NCBI GenBank assembly: GCA_023213395.1
Contig: CM041465.1
Coordinates: forward strand, 131,943,741-132,007,740
Direction: 5' to 3'
Length of the DNA: 64,000 bases
Source of the DNA: Cycas panzhihuaensis
Taxonomy: Eukaryota > Plantae > Cycadophyta
The notes under the pieces were generated by a model. It worked only from the letters and a program-made list of their open reading frames with translations. It was not told the DNA's origin and made no database searches. Both the position numbers and the translations under genes were made by a program. Shown here piece by piece: positions 13,250 to 28,051 of the stretch (its first letter is position 1; each line of letters begins with the position of its first letter).

Positions 13250-15120
13250 GTGCAACTAGACTCCACATCTTATGGGTTTTGAACCGTTCCCCAGAAAGAA
13301 CATCGGGATCCAATACGCACCACACCCAACCCACGTCCCAGCCTTCCCGAAACACCCTTTCTCGATTGGTGTTAATAAGCAATCTGCTTTGGGACCTGAA
13401 AAGTTTTGTACCTTCTTTCGGTCAATTGGAACTTCCCCCGGGTGTTAATTATTTAAAGAGAATCACGGTATTTTACATTCGCGGAAGAGTGCCGAGGAAG
13501 TTAAATTTCGAGTACTGTGATTGTCCCTGGTTCACCTTTGGGCGATTACCCTTTCAGCACGGAAGGTTTATACAGATAAAATATCTACTACTGGCCTTTT
13601 AACATCGGTGTCAGCTTCTGTAAAATTTGTCCTCCATTATTCCACCCCTGGTGAGTTCATCATTCCTTAATTAAGAACATTCCCTATTTCAGGGGTTCTC
13701 TGTCATTTCAAAATGTTATTGCTTCTGTAACCACATTGAAGATTAGGTCGATCTATCATGTTATTGAAGCCATTCTCCAAAAATTATGCTCCCAATTTGG
13801 GAAGAAGCGGGAAGAGGCTATTGACAATTTTGCTCCGCAATGCTTCATACTAGTTGTGTGTGCGCATCTACCCTTGATTTTCTACATTGTTGGAGTCGTC
13901 ATTCACATTTTGGACATCTTCTTTATGCTTGAAAATTTCGTCAATTACTTTGTATTGTTCAATTTTTGCCTGGAACATATATTTCGAGGAATACACTTGC
14001 TTTCAATCGTTGGGAAATATTTTTTTTTATTTCTCTGTGTTGTGTTCATAAGATTTACCGGGTGGCCCGTGGGACCATAGTACATTTGAATACTTCCAAA
14101 GACACTGAGAAGGCTACAGGAAGGACGCTTTGTTGGAGTGGGTGGAGGAACAAGAAATGAAAAAAAGAGAAATACTTATTTAGACCAAATATCCTATCCG
14201 AGCGTCTACCTGAGTATACCTAACTGCTGAACGTGCATTGTAAAATCAAGGAATCTGCGGTCAACATATGGGTTCTCATTCAGCAGCGGGCTTAAATGAT
14301 GTGTATCTTTTGCTTGGCTTTCCTTTTGTTTTGTTCTGGCAAGTGTGGATTTCCTGTGCTTGATTAAGTTTACAACAAACTGTCCAACGCTTCATACCCT
14401 CTCCAGAATCGACTAGTGTGTGGCTGGAAATTTTCCTAAAACGTTAATGTCATCTAATTTTCCATATTCCTCTAGTGCATATTGTCATGATTCTTAATCA
14501 TTTGTTGCTGACTAGAGAAACTGCCTTCTCTCGTGGTCTATATTATATTTCACCTCTGTGCTGGGGCCGATTTCCTGTGCGGTTTTGGCCCGGTTAGACT
14601 GTTGCTTCTTTCCATATAGTTCACATTTGATTTTTTTTTATTAATGTCAACGTCCACAAAGGTACATTTTGTTTATGGCTTCCAACCCCATGATGTGGCA
14701 TTTTGCCCCCCTTCTTGCTAATATCACTTGGATAACATCCAATTTAGTTGCAGTCACTTCTGAGAGTTTTCCCTTTAGCCACTAGTCACGTGCAAGAGAT
14801 TCTCAGCCTCACGTACATGCACAAAGGTCTGGCATCTATTTGTTATGGGTGCTTCTCTTATTTTGTTTATTTCTTGATAAGCTTTGTGCTTATATCTGCA
14901 GACCATTTCATTAGTTTCATTTAAACCCTTTTAATCTCATGCAAACTATTTGGTTTCAGATATATTTCATTTTGTTAGAGTGGCAGTTTATGTTAACTGC
15001 TTATGGTTACTGTTAAGTGGAGATTAATTAATGTTAAGTTGAAGGGTACGAATACCAAGAGTTGCAACCATTGGTTAATATGCCACCTGTAGTATTATAT
15101 AATCTCGTAGGTGGCATTTG
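13250..15120. other. CpG-retaining low-copy-looking segment of unknown function
   Basis: Visibly more CG dinucleotides than its flanks; no retroelement motif recognised; ACGT/CACGTG cores present; no convincing ORF. Confidence 0.35.
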
Positions 15121-15214
15121 CAATGTTGATCAACCATGTCAAGAATGATGCATCAAGCAAGATTGGAATTTTATGTAGATTTTTTTCCACAAGGGTTTTT
15201 TCACGTTAAACCTG

Positions 15215-17002
15215 TGTATTATGTACTTGTGCTCTTGGGTGTTTGCTTGCATATGTATGATGGAGGTGTTGTTGGAGAGTTGCTAGATGAAGTGGAGGTG
15301 GAGGGCATATTGGAAATCTGGGTGGAAAGTTTCATGAGCTCATCACATAGTTTAGCGATGTTATCGTTTAAAGTGTTGTATTGGGTCTTCAGGGTTGACA
15401 TCTAGTTTGCTTGGGTAGGAGGAGCCATTGTGCAAAAGAAATAATTTACTGAAACGAGTTTAGAGAAGTGAGCTAGAAGAAGGGGGATTAGAGAAGAAGA
15501 AGGGGTTTAGAAGAAAAGGGATCAGACAAGAGGAACAAGATTAAAGAGTTAGGGACTAGCATAGAAGGGTGAGGAAGGAGGGGGGGGGGGGTTGTCGATA
15601 ACGTATTGACTCCCTGCCTTGATCACAAAGAAGCTTGTGTGGGGCATCTATGGACCGTTATCCCAAAAAAATACACCTACTGCACTATGGTAGGCATGAT
15701 GTCCTCATGATGATGTAGGTGAAAATGTGCACTAAAAATTGGTCATGGGGCCCACGAGGTGCCTATATGCCATTTTCCCCTCAAAGTATGGGTTAAAATT
15801 AGCTTAATGAAAAATGATGGGCACAACATCCTCGTTATAATGAGATAGGTGAAAATAAGGGTAAAAATAAATTTTCTTTTGGACGACTAATTTTTTTTCC
15901 ATGTACAGACTGTTGGTAAAGGTTTCAACTACAAAAAATTGATATTTATTGAAGTGAATCTATCGACGGTAGTTCTAACTAGGTGTTGTTGCAGGATTGA
16001 AAACAAAACTTAGATCACCACATTGGATAAAATTTGATGTGGAAATTTTAGACTTGACTCGGGGTTTGTTTGGTTTGTAGGCTCTCTACTATGCTTCTTA
16101 GTCGTTAATAGTGAATCGACCCAATATCTTAAGGCATTGACTATGGAGGATTACGGTACTTGTAACCATGCTATTTGTCTCTGAGATGTATGTAGAGAGT
16201 GACTTCGGGGCACTAACCACTAACGAGTGCACTACAGGTTACAGATGATCTCTAGGTTTCCTATACTAAGGCTTCAAGCAATCTTAAAGAGGTCCTCCAA
16301 TATAATCAAAGGTACATGGAGACTCGATTTTGTATACAGACGTTGTCTAAGGCCTAGGTATTGGTAAGTACATCATCTCATTTCATGTGCCGACTTACCC
16401 CTAAGCACCCTCATCTAATAATGACAACTTTTCTATGCATGTTTGAAAACCCCTAGAATAGGGCTTTTAACCTAGAGCACTATTAAAGAAAAAGAATAGA
16501 ACAAAATATTTATCACAAAAAGAAAAAAAAACTTGCCGCTATCACTGAGGAAAGGAAAAAAAAAATTTCCTAGTTAGATTGTTAGAAATCCCTTACTTTC
16601 GCTACTTGTTGCCATGGACAATGACCTTTGAACCTTGCTTTGGTACCACTTGGTATGAACTGGCTCTATATTTCCTCACAATATTGGTCACAAACATAAT
16701 TAAGAGCATATATGGAGTGGACCAACAAGACAAAATTACTATTATTGCAGCAGAAGATTGATTACAGACTTCAGAGCACCAAATGATTGATTACAGAAGT
16801 ATGGACACCAAAGCAACACTATGGTGTGCCAATTATAATAGACTCAACAAAAGATACCCATTAATATTTGATGAGACCTTATGTAGACAAAAGAGGCTTT
16901 TTGCCTGAAATGCCATTGGTGAGGGTAAGCGGCCCTTGCACAATTGTTAAGAGCTAGCACTAGCAATCAGGTTCCTCCTGGTTGACCTAGCTATGTATTA
17001 CA
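15215..17002 (-). mobile_element. Truncated chromovirus relative (5' LTR, PBS, leader and start of gag)
   Basis: PBS-like TGGTACCAAAGC (16637-16648), 2-nt spacer, candidate 352-bp LTR 16651-17002 (TG...CA). Leader blocks resemble 7400-8640. gag start MAPPTQANxMSTLKTQYNTL at 15428 resembles the gag start at 7374. Confidence 0.7.
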
Positions 17003-20000
17003 TACCATAAGCAATCAATCTTATAAAAGGCTGGTTTAGGGACTAGAGAATTGCTGTCACCTTATTGCATACATAGGTACTTTTGAGAATCTTTAGAAAT
17101 AATCTCTAATCATTGTTTATTATTCAACTAATAATTATCATGATTCATAGTTATGAAAATTGCTTTATAACGGTCCCAATGGAATATGCAACTCTTGTTG
17201 TTTAAAGTCTAGTCGGTTGCTTGGCTTTGTTGCAATAATAACTTGCCTTATGACTAGTTACATGATTAGCCAACATCTTAAGTAGCCAGAAATGTTGGAG
17301 TGGGAGTTGGAATGGGAGCATATGCAGATTTGACAATTCTAAAAATTCTAGGATAGGGGGATACAACAAAATTACAGTTTTAAAAAAATATGTAGATACA
17401 TATATGCATATGAAAATAAGTATGTGGCATACATCAAATCTAAAAACAAGATAGCAAACAAACTTAGGGCTATTTTTAAACTTACTAATGTCTTTTTTTG
17501 TTTTTCCTTTCTCTTTAGTCATTGAAGATTACATTTTGATTTCCTTGCCTTTTTGTGGGGTTGCATCTTATTGGAATATTTTAGGAGGTGCAAAAATATT
17601 TTAGACATGGTTGATGATAATCTAAGATATAGTTAGGATACGATCCTTGGTGTAGCCCAAATATAGGGTACAGTTAGGATATGTATCTGTGGAGTATCCA
17701 AGTACTCGAGGTGTATCATATATGGGTACGACACCCTCTACAAGAGTCTGACTACATGCTAACATCTCTCTCAAACTTATAGTGTACTTTGTCATAGAGT
17801 ATTGCAAAATTAAAAAATAGCATAACCCAACATCTCTTTTGGAATTGTAAGAAAAATTAACAATTGTACATTAGTAACATTGTTTATACACAAGTCATAA
17901 AGTAAGCAAAGTTAAAGGGGAATATAGAAAAGATGGAGTAATTGACTCTGAAATAGAGATATGTAGAGAATGATTAATGAGTTCGTATGTCTCCTCAACC
18001 ATTTTGGCTATTTGTAATAGATAATCCTATAATGGTTTTTTCTATGTTTTGTGAAGCATCTTCATTGCAATCATCCAACAAATTAATTCCAACTTGAATA
18101 TCCACCTACAATTGGTCACATGGCCAGTGAGTTGTGCGAACAACTTCTTCCAATTTACTATATGAACATATCACTAAAGGCAAAGTATTCCCCATAAATT
18201 TGGAAAATTCCTCAACTTCAAATTAGGCTTGTTGGTATTCACCCCTCAAGTAGACAACATTGTAGTATCCTTTTTCCTTTTTATGAGTTGGTGTCCTTTG
18301 TGCTTTGCTAGATGCATTTGTAAGCTTGGACTGTTACTACATTACCTAAGTTGGCCAATGTTTAAACACATTGGAATAAAGTTGTACTTTGTCCAGAGTT
18401 TGGACGACTTCATTCCAATGCTGCACTGTAGTGTTTGTAAGCTCTTGTATGTTATTTAAGGTTTGATGTTGAGTCCTTGGAAGTGGTAGTTGTGCTTCCA
18501 TCTCTGACGCTAACATGAACCCAATCCTACATTTCCTTTTCCTAGCCTACAAAGCACTATACATTGGGTCCACAAGTCATGCAAGTCATCGCACAAGGAA
18601 TCCAATTTAATAATGGTCATGGCAACATATTTTAAGGTTGCTGCCTTCTTCTCTTTCAATTCCTCTTTAGCTTTCTAAAATAGTCATTGCAACTCCTCAT
18701 TACAATTATCTTTACTTGCAATTCTATGGATAGTTTCTTTTTGACAAGTGCTAGAAATTTGGAGTAGTTCGATAGTAGATAGTTATGACAACAACATAGC
18801 AATGGCTATGATTTGGGCTTCGAGACCATGACTCCACAGAGTTAGGTCTCTCTTAGGTGGATCTTCACACAAGATGTCTTTCATTGACTTATCTAGTGCT
18901 TCTATAGATAATTGTTTTAGTGCTTGCTTGATAGTTTTAGTCGCAAGCTCATGGATAGATAGACTTCTGTCATGTGAAAATTCTTCCACAAGCATTTATT
19001 TAGTCATAGGTCATAGAACTTGATGTTGACGATTAAGATTTTCAAGGGTTTACCCTTGCTCTTTCAATGGAATATCATGCTTCACTAGGGTTTCTTCTTG
19101 CTCAAGTGTAGGGTTTGCTTGGCCTTGAAGAGATTGCAACCCGTTTAGATTCATAGGGCTCTCCATTAATGTTATAGTTTGTTGATTCCCTTTAGTAATA
19201 TTCTCAGTTCCACTTCCTTCCTTCTTTTCTGCTAGATTGTTTTCAAACAATACCGATTTACCTTTTTGTAGGGTAGTGTGATTGTTTATCTATAGTATAG
19301 TGGCAAGTAGAGGATGGGGAATAATTACAATCGAAGTTGTTGACTCTGCTTGGGGCATATTAGACAAAGTCCCATGTCAACAATGTTTTTGAGTTTTGGA
19401 TTGCTCTCACTTATTCTTTTTACATGGGTTAGCTTGCTCCTCTGACATTTTGCTTCTCGACGAATTGATCTGTCTCCTATTGGCCTTCTCTTTCTTTCCT
19501 CGGGTCCATAAATAGATTCAACTCTTGGCATCTCCATTGCTTGCAAGAGGGAAACTAATTCAACTAGATCATGGGGTAGCATAACATCTAGTGGAGATAA
19601 GTTGACATTCTTAGTAGACCTTTCTAGTTGTAGTTGCCTTTTGATTTCATTCAACACTTCTTGTGGTCTTGGCTATTTTGGCAACAATGTCAAGTTCACA
19701 TTTAGACCTCAAACATGGATCTCAAAAATTGCTCCTGCTTTTTGAATTCTATCTCTTTAAAGACTTGTTAAAAAAAAGGCAAAACATCAAAATAAATAGG
19801 AGGGTTTACCCTTACCTTGCCTAGTAATTCAATCCACTGAGATTTGGATGCTCTCTTCTCCTTAGAAAAAGCACGAGGAGCATACAAAGAGAATAAAAGC
19901 ATCTTGGGCTTTTTAGGATGAAGAGTTTTGGTATGGAACCTACCTTGGTGTCTTATAAGAAGTGTTAACAATGAATGAAACTCCTTAATGGAGGTATCTG

Positions 20001-23000
20001 CATACCTCCCTATTTAATTCAACACTTAAGAATCATGCACATTGAAATCGTTGACCCTTGTAGACTTTTTCTATAATTGACCACCATTTATAGTTGGTAT
20101 ATTTGTAGCTTTGGCTATAGGAATGATGGTGACACAAACCATCCTTGAACCCCAAATCCACACGAGTGCAACTATTTGACCAATCAAAATGCCTTGACTA
20201 TTATGGTCATTTTCTTTTCAAGGAAATTTGCTTTGCCAAACTCCTTCGGTCTTCATAATCACATCACCATCCAAAGGTAGTGGAGTAAATTCGTGAATCA
20301 GTTATGGGTAATATTAAAAGAACAATTGACAAATATGAAAATACCATTACCATATTGGACTAATGCTTCGTGAACAATCTATTTCTAAGGAACCGTGGCA
20401 GGGAGCTCCATCAGTTGGGCAACACCTACTTGAAACAAGTAGTCACCACCTGGGAAGTTGATAAAGTTGGTATACTTGGAACTTCTCTATATGCAAACTA
20501 CTCCTTGGCTTGCTTGTAACTAGAAAATTCATCATGCATTATTTTTGTTGCTCAAATTGAATACTAAGTTGATGGCCTTGCACTTTCTTCTTGACTTCTT
20601 AACTAATTTCCTTCTTTCCGATTCTCTTTTCTTGTCTTATTTTGGAATTTTGTAGAATATATGGGCCTTCCTTCACTACAAATCTTCTATTCTTCTTACC
20701 CTTCTAGAGAATCACAATTTTCTTGTTTTGCTAGAGGATATTTACCATTCCTAATTCTTTATCACATGAAACAAGAAGTTGCCTATCTCAAGACTTTTAT
20801 TTATCTTCTTATGATATGCAAATCGGTTATTGCATGCACTATCATGCTTGCACAAATTTTCAGAAGATTTGTTACCTCTCACACTTGATTTGTATTGATC
20901 TTGCCATAATTAATGCCCCATATTGTAATATAATTACACATTCTTGTCACCAGTTTTATCTTTCCAAACTATGCCTCAAGTAGAATATGGGATAACAAGT
21001 ACAATTGCATATGATTAAACAAAGCAAAGTCATGTCAACTTAATGTTTCCACTTACATTGCATAACTGTGACCAAAAAGAGAATATTGCTTGCCATAAAT
21101 TATTAATTGGACTAAGGCATGGGTTGTATACAATCATTATGACACCACTTGTTGAAGATGTTGTAGCATAGGTCAAGAAATGATCCTATGACATAAGTCA
21201 TCCGAGCAATTTGCATTTAGCTTGTATAGTTGTTACTATCACTTTGCTAGGTGAAAATTCTTTAAGTCTTTTGTGCTAGCTTGCTCTCAGACATAATAAT
21301 GGTTTTACATCTTGTAAGCATTGCAAGAAAGGTAGGTTATTCTATTCACCTTATACAACCTAAGTTGACCACCATTTACATTGTCGAGTAGCAATTCACC
21401 CTTTAGAGTTTGTAAGATTGCTGACCCATTTGTCATCTATTTATTCAAGGTGCATGGTCCTTGCCAATGTGTTTTAAGTTTACCTATTTTTCCTTTGGAC
21501 TTACTATTATATACCAAAACATGATCACCACCTTTAAATTTACTTATTTTTATTTGCTTGTCATGTAATGTTTTTTGATGAGCCTTAGCGATCTTTTGCT
21601 ACTAATTTGGGTATAATTTTGTCTCATCCATTTTTATCGCCTGAGTTAATGTTGCTATATATGTTGTTGGTCACCCCATTTCATTATCGCAACTACTCTT
21701 AAACTTGGGACTACAAATTCTACAGGCATTACTACCTTGATAGAATAGACCAACTAGAAAGGAGTTTGACCAGTTGACTTCCTATATGTTGTTCTAAATG
21801 TTGAGAGTATTGCATATAATTTGTTTGCCCAATTTGGGTGACCAACATTGTAGATTTTAGTTAAAGCTTTGGACAAGATTTTATTAGAACTTTCTACTAG
21901 TCCATTATATTGCGAGTAATATGGGGCATTCTTGTAGTGTTAAATCATAAAATTCCTAGTAAGTTTTTCAACAATTTGATTAATAAAATGTTTACCTCAG
22001 TTGCTTACTAATTTCAAGGGATAGCCAAAGCAAGTAATTATTGTTTTAAATAAAAATTTTGTTATCATTCGAGCAACATAATCTTGTGTCACTTTTGCCT
22101 CAACCTGCAAAGTTATATGATCTATCTCAACTATAATGTAGCGGGCATCAATTCTTGCTGCCGTTGGACTTATGGGGCCAACAAAATTGATGCCTTATTT
22201 CACAAATAGTGTGGCTTCCATGATAGAACTTAGAGATGGGTCATCTACTTTCTCTGGTAGATCCATTTTGTGACAAATATCATACCTTTGCAACCATATG
22301 TGAGAAGTTTTAAATATAGTCAACCACCAAAGTCTAGACTAAAGTATCTTGTAAGCTAGACTTTCTCCTGTTGCATGATCACCTGAAACACCCTCATTCA
22401 CTTCTTGAAGGATCATAGTTGTCTCCTGCCTTTAGACACATCATTGTAGGATCATATTTAGTCCAAATCTATACAACAAACTTGCAATTAAATGATATCG
22501 GGCACTTTTAAAAGCTAATGTTTTTTTTACCCCCTTTAATAAGCGAGTTGGATGGTGTTAACCCTACTTCTAAGAAATTGGCTTTTTCTTGAAAATCATT
22601 TGGAGTAACTTCAATTTTGTATAATTTAGCATTCCAAAAATCATCTTCGACCTTGATTGTTTTTTCTCCTGTATTAATACTCGATAAATGATCTAGGACT
22701 ACATGTGCTTTGCTAGGTTTGAAAAAAATGTAAAATTAAATTCTAGAACAACAATACCCAATGACTGATACATCCTTGTAAAATTAGCTTATTTGTAAAG
22801 TACATTAGAGCTTGGTGGTTTGTATAAAAATGAAGAAAATTTGCTAATAAATATTGTCAAAACTTTTGTAATGCATGTACCATAGCCAAGCGTCCTTGTT
22901 CAACCATTCAATAGCTCCTTCTTGCTAGTGTTATCAACAACTAGCAAAAGTCATAAGATGATCAATCAATCGCTTTCCTGACTAAGCAAGTACAACTTCA

Positions 23001-23415
23001 ATTGCTAATCTAGAAGCATCAACATGAACATGAAAGATTTTTGACTAGTCCAAAAATTTCAAAATTGGTACATTTACTAATTTCTACTTCAATATGTCAA
23101 ATGCTTGTTGACAGTCAATTGTTTGTATAAATGGAACATCCTTTCTTAATAAATTTTCCAATGGTGTATCAATTTCTTAGTAAACTTCCTATGGTATCTA
23201 ATATGGCTAAGAAATTGCTTTACCATTGTAAGATTCATTGGCGGTTTTAGATCCAATATGACTTTAATATTTTTAGGATTTATAAGAAGCCTTTCCTTAC
23301 AAACTACATGGCCCAATAATGTTCCAAAGGGAACTAAAAATTGTCATTTATTTGGGTCAAAGGAAATTCCTACCTCTCGAAAATTCTTAAATATTAAATG
23401 TAAGTTTGTTGCATG

Positions 23416-24019
23416 TGTTGGATATTGTGACAACAATATTTTGGGGCTAAAATTTTGGCATGTTTTCGGTGTGGTTTCCCCCCCTTAATCTTTCTCGGGG
23501 GGTGCTGGGGTGTGGAATGCCCCTCGCTAAGAGGGGGTTCGGGGGAGATAGCCCCTGACCCAAAAATTAGCCCTATAAACCTTATTAAATTGTAAAGAGA
23601 ATCAGGATCGTTCGATACAAATACCCTAGATTCTACGACTGAGATTTATGCCTTGGATGTTCCTTTCATGTAGCCCGTTTTAGGGCTTTTTTTATTATGT
23701 TGTAATGTAATGTACGGTGAAGAGGGCGGCGACTGGTTGTTGTTCTAGAGAGCATTCTGCTATTGAGATGTACTGTTTCTCTATTCTAAAGCAATAAAGA
23801 TCGATACCTTTCTTGTGTGGATGTTTCCCTAGCACATTGCTAGGGTTTTACCATATTATATCGGGTGCATATGCGATGTTTAGCTTGTATATCGATGTTA
23901 TTGTATTATCTCTGTTTTTAGAACTCGCATGTTAAATCTTAGTTTCGATTCCTATAACTAGTAGCAAAATAGTTCAGATCTTGTGGCGGTTTAAGGTTTA
24001 GGGCCTTGTAATTTCAACA
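23416..24019 (+). repeat. 5' LTR of the Tork-like copia (604 bp)
   Basis: Direct repeat of 28052-28672, roughly 93-95% identical by eye. Confidence 0.95.
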
Positions 24020-24089
24020 AGTGGTATCAGAGCCACATTTGTTTTGCAGCGAGTTTGTGAAGGTTTTGGTATCGGCTTTTCTACACCAA

Positions 24090-27000
24090 ATGGCGAAACT
24101 AGTAGGTGCAAAGTTCAAGGTGGAGAAATTCAATGGCAAGAACAACTTCGAGTTGTGGAAGCTGAAAGCACATGATATTCTTATACAGTAGGGTTTGTAC
24201 AAAGCCCTTGAAGGCAAATCGAAGAAACCCGCAGGGATGGACGATGATTATTGGGATGACTTAAACAAAAAGGCACTTAGCACAATATGACTGTGCTTGG
24301 CAGATGAAGTCTCGTTTAACATCGCAGGGGAAGAGACAACAGCAGGATTATGGACCCGGTTGGAAGGCCTGTATATGACCAAATCGATGTGAATCGAATC
24401 TACTTGAAGAGGCAATTGTACTGTTATGATGAAGGAAGGTACAAAAATTAGCGACCATTTAAATATTTTTAATACTCTTATTTGTCAGTTGACTAGTATC
24501 GATGTTAAAATTGAGGATGAGGACAAGGTTGTTACCTTGTTATGCTCATTACCCGAATCCTGGGATAATATTGTCACCTCAATTAGTTTAGCACTACAGA
24601 TGTATTGGATTATGATTCTGTTGTGAGTGCTTTGCTAATGGAAGAAGTGTGGAAGAAATCTAGTTTTGAAACCTCCACACCAGAAGCCATGACAGTAAGG
24701 GGTAGAACGTTTGAGAAAGGACAAAACTCTAGGGATACATCGAGATCCAAGTCAAAGAGCAAAAAGAGTAAGCTCAGGTGTTGGCATTGTAATAAGATCG
24801 ATCACCTCAAGAAGGATTGTTACAAAAGGAAGGAGTTCCAGAAAAAGGAAGATCCTGCCAAGGAGGCGAATCAAGTGGAGTCAAATCAAGGTATGGATGA
24901 TGATGTCTTGGTTGCTTGTAATGTTTCTCATTATCACCATGACTGGTTATTAGATTCAGGTGCTTCGCACCACATGTGTCCACACAAGAGTTGGTTCTCA
25001 TCATACCAACCTCTTGATGGTGGTGATGTGCTTATGGGAAATGAAGTTTCTTGTAAGACAATGGGCATTGGTAGCATCAGAATTAAGATGTTCAATGGGT
25101 TAGTTAGAACATTAACTGAGGTTAGACATGTACCTACTTTGAAAAGGAATCTGATTTCATTGGGTGAATTAGATTCGGGTGGTTTTAAGCATACAGGTCA
25201 TGAAGGAGTCCTAAAGGTGTCAAAGGGCGCCCTGGTTGTTATGAAAGCCTTAAAGAAAGGAAATCTTTACATTTTAGTGGGAAGTACAGATGTCGATAGC
25301 GGTGTGACATCAAAGATTGCAGAAGATCCAGCTCAGTTATGGCATTAGAGACTTGGGCACATGAGTGAGAGAGGACTTAAGGTGCTGATAAACCGTAAGT
25401 TGCTTCCTAACTTGTAGCTTTCAGATTTGGCTTTCTGTAAACATTGTATTTTTGGAAAGTAGTGTAGAGCCAGGTTTAAAGTAGGGAGTCGCACTAGTAA
25501 AGGCGTTCTAGATTACATACATTCAGATGTATGGGGACCAACCCCTAAAATATCGTGTGGAGGATCATTGTATTATGTCACATTTATAGAGGATTACTCT
25601 AGGAAGGTATGGGTCTTTTTTTTGAAAAGGAAATCTAAAGTTTTCAGTGTGTTTAAGCAGTTTAAGGCTCTAGTTGAGAATAGTACTGGTAAGACAATCA
25701 AATGTTTAAGAACTGACAATGGAGGTGAGTTCAACTCCTTGGAGTTTGAGAACTATTGCAGAGAAGCTGGGATCGAAAGACATAAGACCACTAGTTATAC
25801 TCCACAGCAAAATGGCATTACTGAGCGCATGAATAGGACACTCTTGGAAAGAGCAAGAAGCATGCTAAGTAATGCAGGAGTGGAGCAGGGCTTGTGGGCA
25901 GAAGTTGTTCAAACAACTTGCTATCTGGTAAACAGGTCACTATCACTTGCAATAGATTGCAAGATTCCTGAAGAGGTATGGACTGGACATCCATGTGATT
26001 ATTCAAATTTAAAAGTTTTTGGTTGTGATGCTTATGCCTGGACTGACAAAAGTAAACGTTCAAAGTTAGACCCAAAATCCAAGAGGTATATCTTTGTTGT
26101 TTATGGTGATAAGGATGGTGTGAAGGGATACAGGTTGTGGGATCCTATTGCCCACAAAATCACCATTAACAGAGATGTTGTATTTGATGAATCTCCCCTT
26201 CTAAAATAAGACAGTGGAGAAGTTGAAATGAAACAGGAGCAGAAAGATGAACATCAACATGTCAAGTTTGAAACCCAGCCATTTTTGGAATCAGAAGAGC
26301 AGGAAGATCTTTCTGAAGATGAATTTGCAACAGATTTATAGAGTATGTGGACACTCCTCCACCAACATTTAGAAGATCTACACGAGTCAGTCATCCACCT
26401 GACAGGTACAGCCCGTCTACTTCTATTGCTTTGGTTTCTAATGATGGTGAGTCCACATGTTATCAGGAAGCAGTAGATGATATTCATGGTGAGAAGTGGA
26501 AAAGGGTTATGCAGGAAGAGATAGATGCTTTGAAGAAAAATAATTCATGGGACTTGGTAGAACTTCCACATGGCAGGAAGATTGTTGGTTGCAGGTGGGT
26601 TTTCAAAAAGAAAATAGATGTTGATGGAAAGGTTGACAAATACAGGGCAAGATTGGTGGCTAAAAGCTATGTACAGAAAGCAGGTATTGACTTTCATGAG
26701 ATCTTTTTCCCAGTTCTCAAACTTGTTTCAATTCGAGTGTTGTTAGCATTAGTAGCTTCTCTTGATTTGGAGCTGGAGCAGTTAGATGTAAAAACAACTT
26801 TTCTACATGGAGATTTAGATGAAGAGATCTATATGGATCAACCAGAAGGGTTTGTACAGGATGGCAGAAAAAGACTTGTTTGCAGGCTCAGGAAATCATT
26901 GTGGCCTAAAGCAATCACCTAGGCAGTGGTACAAGAAGTTTGATGCCTTCATGGAGAGCCAAAATTTCAAAAGAAGTGAGTATGATCATTGTGTTTATTT

Positions 27001-28002
27001 TAAATTTATGGACAATGGCTTATTCATTATCTTGGTACTATATGTTGATGACATGCTGGTTGCAAGCAAAAGCATGGAAGAAATCAATAAGTTAAAGGGT
27101 CAACTGGCTAGGACTTTTGATATGAAGGATCTAGGAGCTGCAAAACAAATCTTAGCCATGGAGATACAGAGAGATAGGAAAAGTGGTAAGCTATGGTTAT
27201 CACAGCAAAAATATGTGGAGAAGGTGCTAACTAGGTTTGGTATGGCAAATGTGAAACCAGTGAGTATCCCATTGGCTTCCCACTTCAAGCTTTCTTCGAA
27301 TATGAGTCCTAGTAGTGAAGAAGAAAAGGTTTACATGTCTCGTGTGCCTTATGCCAGTGCAGTAAGAAGTTTGATGTACGCCATGGTATGTACAAGACCT
27401 GATATTTCACATGTAGTCGGTATAGTTAGCAGGTTTATGGCAAATCCAGGGAGAGAACATTGGGTTGTAGTGAAATGGGTGCTTCGGTATTTGAGAGGCA
27501 CAAGGGACTACTGTATCACCTTTGGAGGTACAGGTAATCAGGTTTGTGGATATGTTGATTCAGACTTTGTAGGAGATTTAGACAAAAGAAGGTCTACTTC
27601 AGGTTATGTTTTCACTCTTGCAAATGGTCCAGTTAGTTGGATGTCCAAATTGCATAGCACAATTGCAATCACAACCACTAAGCTGAATATGTTGCTGTAG
27701 CACATGCTTGTAAAGAAGCAATCTAGTTACATGGTCTATTGGTTGAGCTTCGAAGGAGACAGGAAAATGTAAAGGTATTTTGTGACAGTCAAAGTGCCAT
27801 TTACTTAGCCAAGAATTCGGCTTATCACAGTAGAACAAAGCATATTGCTCTTAAGTACCATTTTGTTAGACAGGTTTTGGAAGCAGGTGGAGTGGCACTT
27901 GAGAAGATTCACACCAATCAGAATTATGCTGATATATTCACAAAACCGATGTCGAGAGAAGTTCAAATGGTGTTTGACTTCTCTTGGCTTGCAGAAAAGA
28001 TG
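24090..28002 (+). pseudogene. Copia gag-PR-INT-RT-RH polyprotein
   Basis: VEKFNGKNNFELWK; knuckle CWHCNKIDHLKKDC; WLLDSGASHHM; LRTDNGGEF and PQQNG; LYVDDML; MKDLGAAKQIL; ADIFTKP. About a dozen stops and frameshifts. Confidence 0.95.
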
Positions 28003-28051
28003 ATGAAGGGTTTAGGAAAGGTATCGGGTAAATTGTTGTCAAGGTGGAGAT

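Noticed and set aside
13279-14160. ORFs 13279-13602, 13736-14080 and 13966-14160 as host genes
   Set aside because: Non-ATG starts, no recognisable domain, no coherent exon chain; the donor-like site at 13650 would give only a ~42-nt intron.
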